64,000 nt of DNA, from positions 21,381-85,380 of the forward strand of contig CACCOR010000004.1 in NCBI GenBank assembly GCA_902547695.1. Direction: 5' to 3'. Position numbers and translations under genes: made by a program. Below the pieces are notes generated by a model that was not told the origin of the DNA, made no database searches, and worked only from the letters and a program-made list of their open reading frames with translations. This stretch comes from an uncultured SAR86 cluster bacterium (GTDB lineage Bacteria > Pseudomonadota > Gammaproteobacteria > Magnimaribacterales > D2472). Below, piece by piece: positions 56,839-64,000 of the stretch. The first letter of the stretch is position 1; every line of letters begins with the position of its first letter.

Positions 56839-56847
56839 TATATCAGG

Positions 56848-59520
56848 TTAATGAGCTTCATTCCAGTTATAGCCAATAGCAGCTTCAGCTATTAGAGGAA
56901 TATTTAATTTAACAGTTTTCTCCATAGTATCTTTCATTTTTTGCATGACCATATCAGCGTTATCTTTTGGACACTCAAAAACTAATTCATCGTGAACCTG
57001 CATAATCATTTTTACTTCTTGCATTTCATTTAGTAAAAGCAGATCGATGTCGAGCATAGCCTTCTTAATAATATCTGCTGCTGATCCTTGAAGTGGAGCA
57101 TTGATGGCAGCCCTTTCCGCTGCTTGTCTTCTTAAACCATTTGCTGCGTTGATTTCATTTAAATAAAGTCGTCTACCCATAATCGTTTCAACAAACTTAT
57201 CTTCCTTTGCTTTTGCTTTTATATTGTCCATATAATCCCGAACACCTGTATATCTCGCAAAGTATGTATCTAAATATTCTTGTGCTTCGCCTCTTGGAAT
57301 TCCAAGTTGTCTTGTTAATCCAAAAGCAGACATTCCATACATTAACCCAAAATTAATTGCTTTAGCGCTTCTTCTTTGATCTTGAGAAACATCTTCAATT
57401 GAAACTCCAAAAACCTCAGCCGCTGTTGAAGAGTGAACGTCAATATCATTATTAAATGCATTAGTTAAATTTTTATCATCTGATAGGTGAGCCATTATCC
57501 TAAGTTCAATTTGAGAGTAATCTGCTGATATTAATATATTGCCTTTCTCAGGAACAAAAGCCTCTCTAATTCTTCTGCCTTCAGCAGTTTTTATAGGTAT
57601 ATTTTGTAAATTTGGTTCAGTAGATGACAGCCTGCCAGTTGAAGTTACGGCTTGTTGATATGATGTATGAATTCTTTTTGTCTTAGGATTTTCAATATTT
57701 ATTAAACTATCTGTATAAGTAGACTTTAATTTTGCTAGCGTCCTATATTGCAGAATAATTTTTGGCAATTCGTATTCTTCAGATAATCTTTGAAGTGTGT
57801 CCTCATTTGTAGATGGTTGACCTTTGGGTGTTTTTTTTAGCACAGGTAATCCTAATTTTTCATATAGTATTTCTAGAAGTTGCTTTGGAGAATCTAAATT
57901 AAATTCTTCACCAGCAATCTTAAAGGCTGCAGAAGATAATTCGTCAATCTTTTCACTCAACTCCTTAGAGTGGTTAGCTAATTTTTTCTTATCAATCTTT
58001 GCACCATTTTGTTCAACTCTTGATAAAACATGAACAAGGGGATATTCAAGATCCTCGAGTAACTTTTCCTGAATGGGCTTTTCTTTTAGCAATGGAGATA
58101 ACACGTTATATAGTCTTAATGTAATATCTGCATCCTCAGCAGCATAATCAGTGGCTACATCTAATTTAACTTGGGCAAAACTTATTTGTTTGGAGGCAGT
58201 TCCAGTTACATCGGTGTATTTTGTAGTTGTATAGTTTAAATAATAATCAGCGAGTCTATCCATACCATGTCTTGTGGCTGTGCTATTTAATACATATGAC
58301 ATTAACATTGTGTCTGCCAAAAACTTTGTTATGTTAATACCGTGTCTTGATAATATTGGGATATCAAATTTTAGATTCTGTCCAACAATCTTATCTTGAT
58401 TTTCTTCTATAACAGGGCCAAGGGCTGTAATCACCTCATCCATAGATAATTGTTCTGGGCAGCCTTCATAATCATGTCCAATTGGAATATAACAACCTTC
58501 GTTTTCTGCTACTGAGAGAGATATCCCTAACATGTTAGCAGAAACAGTTTGGACAGAATCTGTTTCAGTATCTATTGCAAAGGTTTTTGATTTCTTTATT
58601 TTGTTAATCCAGGAATTTAGATCTTTTTTGCTAAGGACTGTTTGATATTTTCCATTTTTTTTAGGAGTCTGTTCATCTTTATCTTTGTTTATTGGTGCAA
58701 ATTCTAAATCTTTAAAAATTTTATCTAGCTCCTCTTGGTTTGGATTTAGTTTTAAAAGATCTTCAAACTTTACATTTAAATCAACATCTTCCTTTAAGGA
58801 AACGAGGTCAACATTTCTTTGAAGTTCACTTAAGCTATTTCTTAAATTATCTCCAACAACTCCTTTTATCAAGTCAGCATTTTTTATAACTCCATCCAAG
58901 TTGCTATATTCGTTAAGCCACTTTGCAGCAGTTTTTTGACCTACTTTTGGAACACCTGGGATGTTATCTGATGAATCACCAACAAGAGCTAGCATGTCTC
59001 TTATTTGATTAGGTTTTACACCAAACTTTTCAAATACCTTTTCCTCATTGAAAATTTCATGCTTCATAGTATTCATTAAAGTTGTATCTGGGTCTTCAAC
59101 AAGTTGCATTAAATCTTTATCTAAGGATGAAACAACACATTTATATTTAGCATCTTTCGCCATTCTGGTTATTGTTGCTATAACATCATCCGCTTCAACG
59201 CCTTCGATTTCTATAAGTGGGAATCCTATAGCTCTACAAATTGATTTGACTGGGTCTAATTGCAATCGAAGTTCATCAGGCATAGGGGGTCTGTTAGCTT
59301 TGTATTCCGAATAAATTTCGTTTCTAAAAGTTTTTCCTTTTGCATCAAATACAACAATGATAGGCGAGCCTTCACTATCTTTTTTTAAATTCATGAGCAT
59401 GTTTGTAACGCCTTTTACTGCGCCAGTTGGCTGTCCTTTTGAAGTGCTTAGTGGTGGCATAGCATGAAAGGCTCTATATAAATACGACGATCCATCTATG
59501 ATAAAAATTCTATTTTTCAT
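56848..59520 (-). CDS. polA: DNA polymerase I
   Basis: 890 aa with a 5'-nuclease N-terminus, a 3'-5' exonuclease domain 'FAIDTETD', and polymerase motifs 'DYSQIELRI', 'RRSAKAINFGLMYG' and 'QVHDELVFE'. Confidence 0.95.
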   Translation of the reverse strand: MKNRIFIIDGSSYLYRAFHAMPPLSTSKGQPTGAVKGVTNMLMNLKKDSEGSPIIVVFDAKGKTFRNEIYSEYKANRPPMPDELRLQLDPVKSICRAIGFPLIEIEGVEADDVIATITRMAKDAKYKCVVSSLDKDLMQLVEDPDTTLMNTMKHEIFNEEKVFEKFGVKPNQIRDMLALVGDSSDNIPGVPKVGQKTAAKWLNEYSNLDGVIKNADLIKGVVGDNLRNSLSELQRNVDLVSLKEDVDLNVKFEDLLKLNPNQEELDKIFKDLEFAPINKDKDEQTPKKNGKYQTVLSKKDLNSWINKIKKSKTFAIDTETDSVQTVSANMLGISLSVAENEGCYIPIGHDYEGCPEQLSMDEVITALGPVIEENQDKIVGQNLKFDIPILSRHGINITKFLADTMLMSYVLNSTATRHGMDRLADYYLNYTTTKYTDVTGTASKQISFAQVKLDVATDYAAEDADITLRLYNVLSPLLKEKPIQEKLLEDLEYPLVHVLSRVEQNGAKIDKKKLANHSKELSEKIDELSSAAFKIAGEEFNLDSPKQLLEILYEKLGLPVLKKTPKGQPSTNEDTLQRLSEEYELPKIILQYRTLAKLKSTYTDSLINIENPKTKRIHTSYQQAVTSTGRLSSTEPNLQNIPIKTAEGRRIREAFVPEKGNILISADYSQIELRIMAHLSDDKNLTNAFNNDIDVHSSTAAEVFGVSIEDVSQDQRRSAKAINFGLMYGMSAFGLTRQLGIPRGEAQEYLDTYFARYTGVRDYMDNIKAKAKEDKFVETIMGRRLYLNEINAANGLRRQAAERAAINAPLQGSAADIIKKAMLDIDLLLLNEMQEVKMIMQVHDELVFECPKDNADMVMQKMKDTMEKTVKLNIPLIAEAAIGYNWNEAH

Positions 59521-59583
59521 GTTTAGCTTTTATATAATGTATTATGACTCTTGTTTTTCTATAATGGAAAAAATTAAAGAAAA

Positions 59584-60102
59584 ATGTACAACAAAATATC
59601 AGCAATTGTTAAAAATATTTTCCAAAACTATTTTGAACTTTCGGTTATGTTTTCTGCTTTAGCAATAATTTTTGCAGCGATAATAATGGATCAGGTTATG
59701 TATTTACAGGCCTGTCCCTTATGTATACTTACTAGATATGTTTTTGGATTAGTGGCAATTTCTGGGTTGCTAGGATATTTAATTAATAAGCAGTTTATAA
59801 GTGCTATATTAATTACAATTTCTTCTTTGATTGGATTATTCGTAACCTCAAGACAAATATATATTCAAAGTATGTCTTTGGATGAATTGGTCAACCTATC
59901 AGGTTGTGGAATGCCTTTTCATGCTCAAGTAGATTATTTTGGACTTATTGAAGCTATAAATAGAACGCTTGCCGGTGGTCCAAGTTGTGCTGAGGATGGG
60001 TGGAGATTTATTTTTAACTTTGCAGAGTATGGCTTTATATTTTTTGCGACTTACCTAATTGCTACAATTTTTAAGTATAGAGGTTTGATTAAATTAGCCT
60101 AA
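59584..60102 (+). CDS. dsbB: Disulfide bond formation protein DsbB
   Basis: It has four TM segments, 'QACPLCILTRY' in the first periplasmic loop and a second Cys pair (C..C) in loop 2. Confidence 0.8.
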   Translation: MYNKISAIVKNIFQNYFELSVMFSALAIIFAAIIMDQVMYLQACPLCILTRYVFGLVAISGLLGYLINKQFISAILITISSLIGLFVTSRQIYIQSMSLDELVNLSGCGMPFHAQVDYFGLIEAINRTLAGGPSCAEDGWRFIFNFAEYGFIFFATYLIATIFKYRGLIKLA

Positions 60103-60105
60103 CTT

Positions 60106-60128
60106 TGTAGCATAACTACATCTTTTTA
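60106..60128 (+). terminator. Weak terminator-like hairpin after dsbB
   Basis: The 5-bp stem TGTAG/CTACA (60106-10/60116-20) has loop CATAA and is followed by TCTTTTTA. The stem is short and AT-rich, so this is marginal. Confidence 0.25.
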
Positions 60129-60309
60129 TCTTTCTAAACCCCTTTAATATAACAAATTTATAGATTATTGACTTAATGATGCTTTAATTTTTTAATACAC
60201 TACATAATAATTTGAAATATTGCTAACGAATAAAATATTATAGGTACATAATTATCACCTCAACATATATAATTATACCCCCCAAGTACCTATAATATTT
60301 GTTAGTAAT

Positions 60310-61860
60310 ATGAACACCCAACCAAATACCTCGGAAGCTCTAAGCTTGAGCAATGAAGAGCTTATACAAGAAGCTGTAAATAACGATGAGGGTGTTATTG
60401 CTTCAAATGGTGCATTTTCAACATCTACTGGAGAAAGAACCGGAAGAAGCCCTAATGACAGATTTATTGTTAAAGAAGCAGGAACAAAAAATCTTATTGA
60501 TTGGGGTGAAATTAACAAGCCTTTTGAAGAAGAAAAATTTGATGCATTGTGGAATAAAGTTGAAACATATCTAGCTGAAAAAAATAGATATATTTCTAAC
60601 GTTCATGTGGGTTCTCATGATGAGCATTATTTGCCAGTTAAAGTTACAACAGAAACTGCGTGGCATTCTTTATTTTCTAGACTTATTTTTGTAGCTACCG
60701 ATGATTATAATCCGGCCAATAAGCAAGAGTGGCAGATAATAAGTGCTGCTAATTTTGTTTGCGACCCCTCTGAAGACGGAACAAATTCTGATGGTTGTGT
60801 GATTATAAATTTTGCAAAAAGAAAAGTTATTCTTGCTGGCATGAAATATGCAGGTGAAATGAAAAAATCTATGTTTTCCGTCCAAAATTTTCTACTTCCA
60901 GAAAAAGGTGTTCTGCCAATGCATTGCTCTGCAAATGTAAATTCTAATGGAAACGTAGCTTTATTTTTTGGTTTATCTGGTACAGGGAAAACTACGCTAT
61001 CAGCTGATCCTAAATGTTCACTCATAGGAGATGATGAGCATGGATGGAGCAAAGGCTCAGTTTTTAACTTTGAAGGCGGGTGTTATGCAAAAACAATTAA
61101 TTTAACTGAAGAAAATGAACCTGTAATTTATAAAGCTATCAAACATGGAAGTGTTATAGAGAATGTTTTTATAAATGAAGATGGCACGCCTGACTATAGT
61201 AATACTTCGCTTTCTGAAAATGGAAGATGTTGTTATCCAAGGTCTCACATTAAGGATGCTGTTGAAAGCAATGCAGCTGGCGAGCCTAAAACAGTTATTT
61301 TTTTAACTTGTGATCTTACAGGTCTTATCCCTCCTGTCTCATTATTATCTAAAGAAGCAGCTGCGTATCATTTTTTGAGTGGATATACAGCTAAAGTTGG
61401 TTCAACTGAAATGGGATCAGGATCTGATATAGAATCGACTTTTTCAACGTGTTTTGGGGCACCGTTTTTTCCGAGGCCTGCAAATGAATATGCAGACCTT
61501 TTAATGGAACGCATTGAGAGTTTTAATTCTAAGGTTTTTCTTGTAAACACCGGTTGGACTGGAGGGCCTTATGGAGTAGGGTCTAGATTTAAGATACCCA
61601 CAACGAGAAGAATTGTTAACGCAATTCAGGATGGTGAGCTTGATAATGTTGAAACAACAACTGTTCCTGGATTAAATCTATCTGTACCCATAAAGGTTGA
61701 TGGAGTAGATAGTGAATTACTAAATCCAATTAATACATGGAAAAATAAAGATGAGTACGAAAAATATCTTTCAGAATTAATTACAAAATTTCAAGAAAAC
61801 TTCAAAAAATTTAATGCAAAACCTGAAATAGTAAAAGCTGGTCCAGGGTTTAATGACTAA
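60310..61860 (+). CDS. pckA: Phosphoenolpyruvate carboxykinase (ATP)
   Basis: It has '[12 protein letters not shown]', kinase-1a '[11 protein letters not shown]', 'IGDDEHGW' and 'NTGWTGG'. Confidence 0.95.
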   Translation: MNTQPNTSEALSLSNEELIQEAVNNDEGVIASNGAFSTSTGERTGRSPNDRFIVKEAGTKNLIDWGEINKPFEEEKFDALWNKVETYLAEKNRYISNVHVGSHDEHYLPVKVTTETAWHSLFSRLIFVATDDYNPANKQEWQIISAANFVCDPSEDGTNSDGCVIINFAKRKVILAGMKYAGEMKKSMFSVQNFLLPEKGVLPMHCSANVNSNGNVALFFGLSGTGKTTLSADPKCSLIGDDEHGWSKGSVFNFEGGCYAKTINLTEENEPVIYKAIKHGSVIENVFINEDGTPDYSNTSLSENGRCCYPRSHIKDAVESNAAGEPKTVIFLTCDLTGLIPPVSLLSKEAAAYHFLSGYTAKVGSTEMGSGSDIESTFSTCFGAPFFPRPANEYADLLMERIESFNSKVFLVNTGWTGGPYGVGSRFKIPTTRRIVNAIQDGELDNVETTTVPGLNLSVPIKVDGVDSELLNPINTWKNKDEYEKYLSELITKFQENFKKFNAKPEIVKAGPGFND

Positions 61861-63358
61861 TGCATTACTAAAAAGTAGATTAGAGAATTTAAAAGACTCA
61901 GGCTTCTTTAAAAATCTAATTATAAAAAGAGGTATAGAGAAAGAATTTTTTAGAGTAGATAAAGAAGGTAGTATATCTAAAAAACCTCATCCAGAAGCTT
62001 TGGGGTCTGCTCTTACAAATAAATTTATAACAACAGATTTCGCAGAGGCACAGGTCGAGCTAGTTACACCCACATATGAAGATGTTAATGATCTTTATAA
62101 TTTTTTATATTCTCTTCACGTATTTGTAGGACAAAATATTGATGATAATGAGATGTTATGGCCTTTTTCAATGCCTCCACAAATTGAAGATGAATCGGAT
62201 ATAAATTTGGGCTTTTATCACCAAAGCAACATTGGCCTGCTTAAACATGTATATAGAAAAGGACTAAAAGTAAGATATGGACCAACCATGCAATGCGTTT
62301 CTGGTATGCACTATAACTTTTCTATAAATCCTGATTCTCTTGCTTTTTTAACTAATTCAAATCACCAAGTTGATATTGATGAAGCCTATCTTGGATTAAT
62401 AAGAAACTTTAAGAGATTGTTTTGGTTTGTGCTTCTAGAATTTGGTCAAACGAATGTAGTTGATAAGTCTTTTGTTAATAATAGAGAACATAAACTAGAA
62501 AAGCTTAACTCTAACGATATGTATCTTTTAGATGCAACGTCTTTAAGAATGAGTGATATAGGATATCAAAGTAAGGCTCAGAAAGATTTGAATATCAAAT
62601 ATAACTCGTTGTCAGGTTTTCTAAAAAAGATAAAGGAGGCAATTACTGTTCCTTATAAGGACTTTGAAGCACTTGGTTTGTTAGATTCTAATAATGAATA
62701 CCATCAGATCTCAAATGGAATTATTCAAATAGAAAACGAATATTATGATGCTATAAGGCCTAAAAGATCATCTTTAAATGGCTTGAGACCATACAATCTT
62801 CTAAAAGAATACGGAATTGAGTATCTTGAGGTCAGAGGTGTTGATCTATTGTCTGATGACATAACTGGTACATCAGTTCATCATATGCAATTTTTAGATA
62901 TTATTCTTATTTATTGTTTAATCGATCAAAGTCCTAAGATATCAGATGATGAGAAAGAAAAAATTGATTTAAACGATTCAAAAGTTATTTATAAAGGAAG
63001 GGATAAAGATACAAATATAGATAAAAACAATCAGGTGGTAAATATCAATGAGGCAAGAAATGAAATAATTGATGATCTTAAGCTAGTTGCATCTTTTTTT
63101 GAGAATAGTGAATCATACATAGAATCTATTGAGTATGTTATTGGCTCAGAAAAAGGAAAAATACCTGATAATAGCTTTCATTCAGATGGTGTTAAAAAAG
63201 CTAAAGAAAATATTAAAATTTTAAGATCTAATGGTTCATTAAATTTAGATGGTATAAAAAAAGAAGCAGAGTTATCATTAAATAAATTAAAAGAAATTCC
63301 AGAAAATACAAACGAAGAAATGAATGAATTCGTTAAAAACTACAACTTAAAGTTATAG
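61853..63358 (+). CDS. gshA: Glutamate--cysteine ligase (type 1)
   Basis: '[28 protein letters not shown]' closely matches remembered E. coli GshA. Confidence 0.9.
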   Translation: MTNALLKSRLENLKDSGFFKNLIIKRGIEKEFFRVDKEGSISKKPHPEALGSALTNKFITTDFAEAQVELVTPTYEDVNDLYNFLYSLHVFVGQNIDDNEMLWPFSMPPQIEDESDINLGFYHQSNIGLLKHVYRKGLKVRYGPTMQCVSGMHYNFSINPDSLAFLTNSNHQVDIDEAYLGLIRNFKRLFWFVLLEFGQTNVVDKSFVNNREHKLEKLNSNDMYLLDATSLRMSDIGYQSKAQKDLNIKYNSLSGFLKKIKEAITVPYKDFEALGLLDSNNEYHQISNGIIQIENEYYDAIRPKRSSLNGLRPYNLLKEYGIEYLEVRGVDLLSDDITGTSVHHMQFLDIILIYCLIDQSPKISDDEKEKIDLNDSKVIYKGRDKDTNIDKNNQVVNINEARNEIIDDLKLVASFFENSESYIESIEYVIGSEKGKIPDNSFHSDGVKKAKENIKILRSNGSLNLDGIKKEAELSLNKLKEIPENTNEEMNEFVKNYNLKL

Positions 63359-63367
63359 GGGGAAATT

Positions 63368-64000
63368 ATGAAAGCTTTACAATGTGTCGAGCTGGGCATG
63401 CCAGATAAATTACAAATTAATGAGGTGCCTGATCCTGAAATTCTACCTGGACATGTGCTAATTAATAATAAAGCTGGTAGTGTTAACTTTCCTGATGTTT
63501 TGATGATACAAGGGCTATATCAATTCCAACCAGAACTACCTTTTACTCCCGGAGGTGAATCATCAGGTATAGTTGAAGCAGTCGCTGAAGATGTAAAAAA
63601 TTTAAAAGTGGGTGATAGAGTATTTGCAATGACTGGTTTGGGGGCTTTTGCTGAAAAGATTGTTGTTCCAGAAACAGCTGCTGTGAAAATACCAGACTCT
63701 ATGAGCTTCGAAACTGCTGCTGCTTTACCAATGACGTATGGCACATCCCTATATGCTCTCAAACAAAGAGCGGATTTGAAAGAGGGAGAAACTTTATTAG
63801 TTCTTGGAGCGGCAGGAGGTGTTGGTCTTGCTACTGTAGAGCTTGGAAAAGCTATGGGGGCTAAAGTAATAGCTGCAGCATCAACTGAAGATAAAATTAA
63901 TCTTTGTAAAAAACATGGTGCTGATGAAGCTTTTATTTATCCATCAGGAAAGCTTGATAGAGATCAGCAAAAGGAACTCTCATCTAAAATAAAAGAATTA
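63368..64000 (+). CDS. NADPH:quinone oxidoreductase / zinc-type MDR alcohol dehydrogenase family, N-terminal fragment (continues past the window)
   Basis: My translation from ATG 63368 (preceded by GGGGGA) is MKALQCVELG...NFPDVLMIQGLY...PFTPGGESSGIVEAV...VLGAAGGVGLATVELGKAMGAKVIA. The frame is open to the window end. It is absent from the ORF track because no stop is reached. Confidence 0.85.
   Translation, partial: MKALQCVELGMPDKLQINEVPDPEILPGHVLINNKAGSVNFPDVLMIQGLYQFQPELPFTPGGESSGIVEAVAEDVKNLKVGDRVFAMTGLGAFAEKIVVPETAAVKIPDSMSFETAAALPMTYGTSLYALKQRADLKEGETLLVLGAAGGVGLATVELGKAMGAKVIAAASTEDKINLCKKHGADEAFIYPSGKLDRDQQKELSSKIKEL

Noticed and set aside
1-64000. A scan for CRISPR arrays, tRNA/rRNA genes, IS elements, prophage blocks, restriction-modification, toxin-antitoxin pairs or known defence-system genes.
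   Set aside because: I found none. Every spacer longer than about 60 nt was inspected, and there are no direct-repeat arrays, no cloverleaf-like G+C-rich segments, no transposase- or phage-like ORFs and no compositional island. My visual repeat detection over 64 kb is limited, so dispersed short repeats could have been missed.

Overview
This is strongly AT-rich, very gene-dense chromosomal DNA. I call 71 protein-coding genes: two are cut by the window edges, and two (tatA and an LptM-like lipoprotein) are too short for the supplied ORF track. I also call one speculative 32-codon sORF and one ncRNA (6S RNA, ssrS). Most spacers are under about 60 nt, many neighbours overlap by 1-25 nt, and convergent genes abut with no room for terminators.

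The content is core housekeeping:
- haem, nucleotide and CoA metabolism: hemL, adenosine-kinase-like, dNK, acs
- transcription and RNA: dksA, pcnB, ssrS, orn, ybeY, miaB, rsgA, engB
- replication and repair: priA, dut, polA, xerC
- envelope: amiB, lnt, L,D-transpeptidase, tatABC, dsbA, dsbB, lptM
- ubiquinone synthesis: ubiH-family, ubiE, ubiJ, ubiB, ubiK-like
- central carbon: tkt, pgk, class I fba, rpiA, pckA
- methyl cycle: metK, ahcY
- amino acids: ilvA, lysA, dapF
- redox: gpx, gshA, cytochrome c4, pseudoazurin, quinone oxidoreductase

Long synteny blocks are shared with E. coli/Pseudomonas: ubiH-pepP-zapA-ssrS-ygfA; nnrD-tsaE-amiB; priA<>rpmE; lnt-corC-ybeY-ybeZ-miaB; orn<>rsgA; ubiE-ubiJ-ubiB-tatABC; lptM..dapF-yigA-xerC-yigB; dsbA-cc4<>engB..polA. 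These place the window in the Gammaproteobacteria. The AT-richness and compaction suggest a streamlined, probably marine planktonic lineage, which is inference only.

I see no IS/transposon, prophage, integron, CRISPR, restriction-modification, toxin-antitoxin or recognisable defence genes, so I cannot honestly point to a multi-gene novel system. The least-explained signals are:
1. a G+C-rich, hairpin-dense island with a small ORF in the longest spacer (26.1-26.3 kb);
2. a paraoxonase-family beta-propeller that keeps all catalytic residues and is fused to a polytopic membrane anchor, inside a four-gene hydrolase cluster (6.3-10.1 kb);
3. a DksA carrying a histone-H1-like Lys/Ala tail;
4. a short Coq4-like HDxxH protein.

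All functional calls rest on motif recognition by eye and on family sequences recalled from memory, not on database searches.
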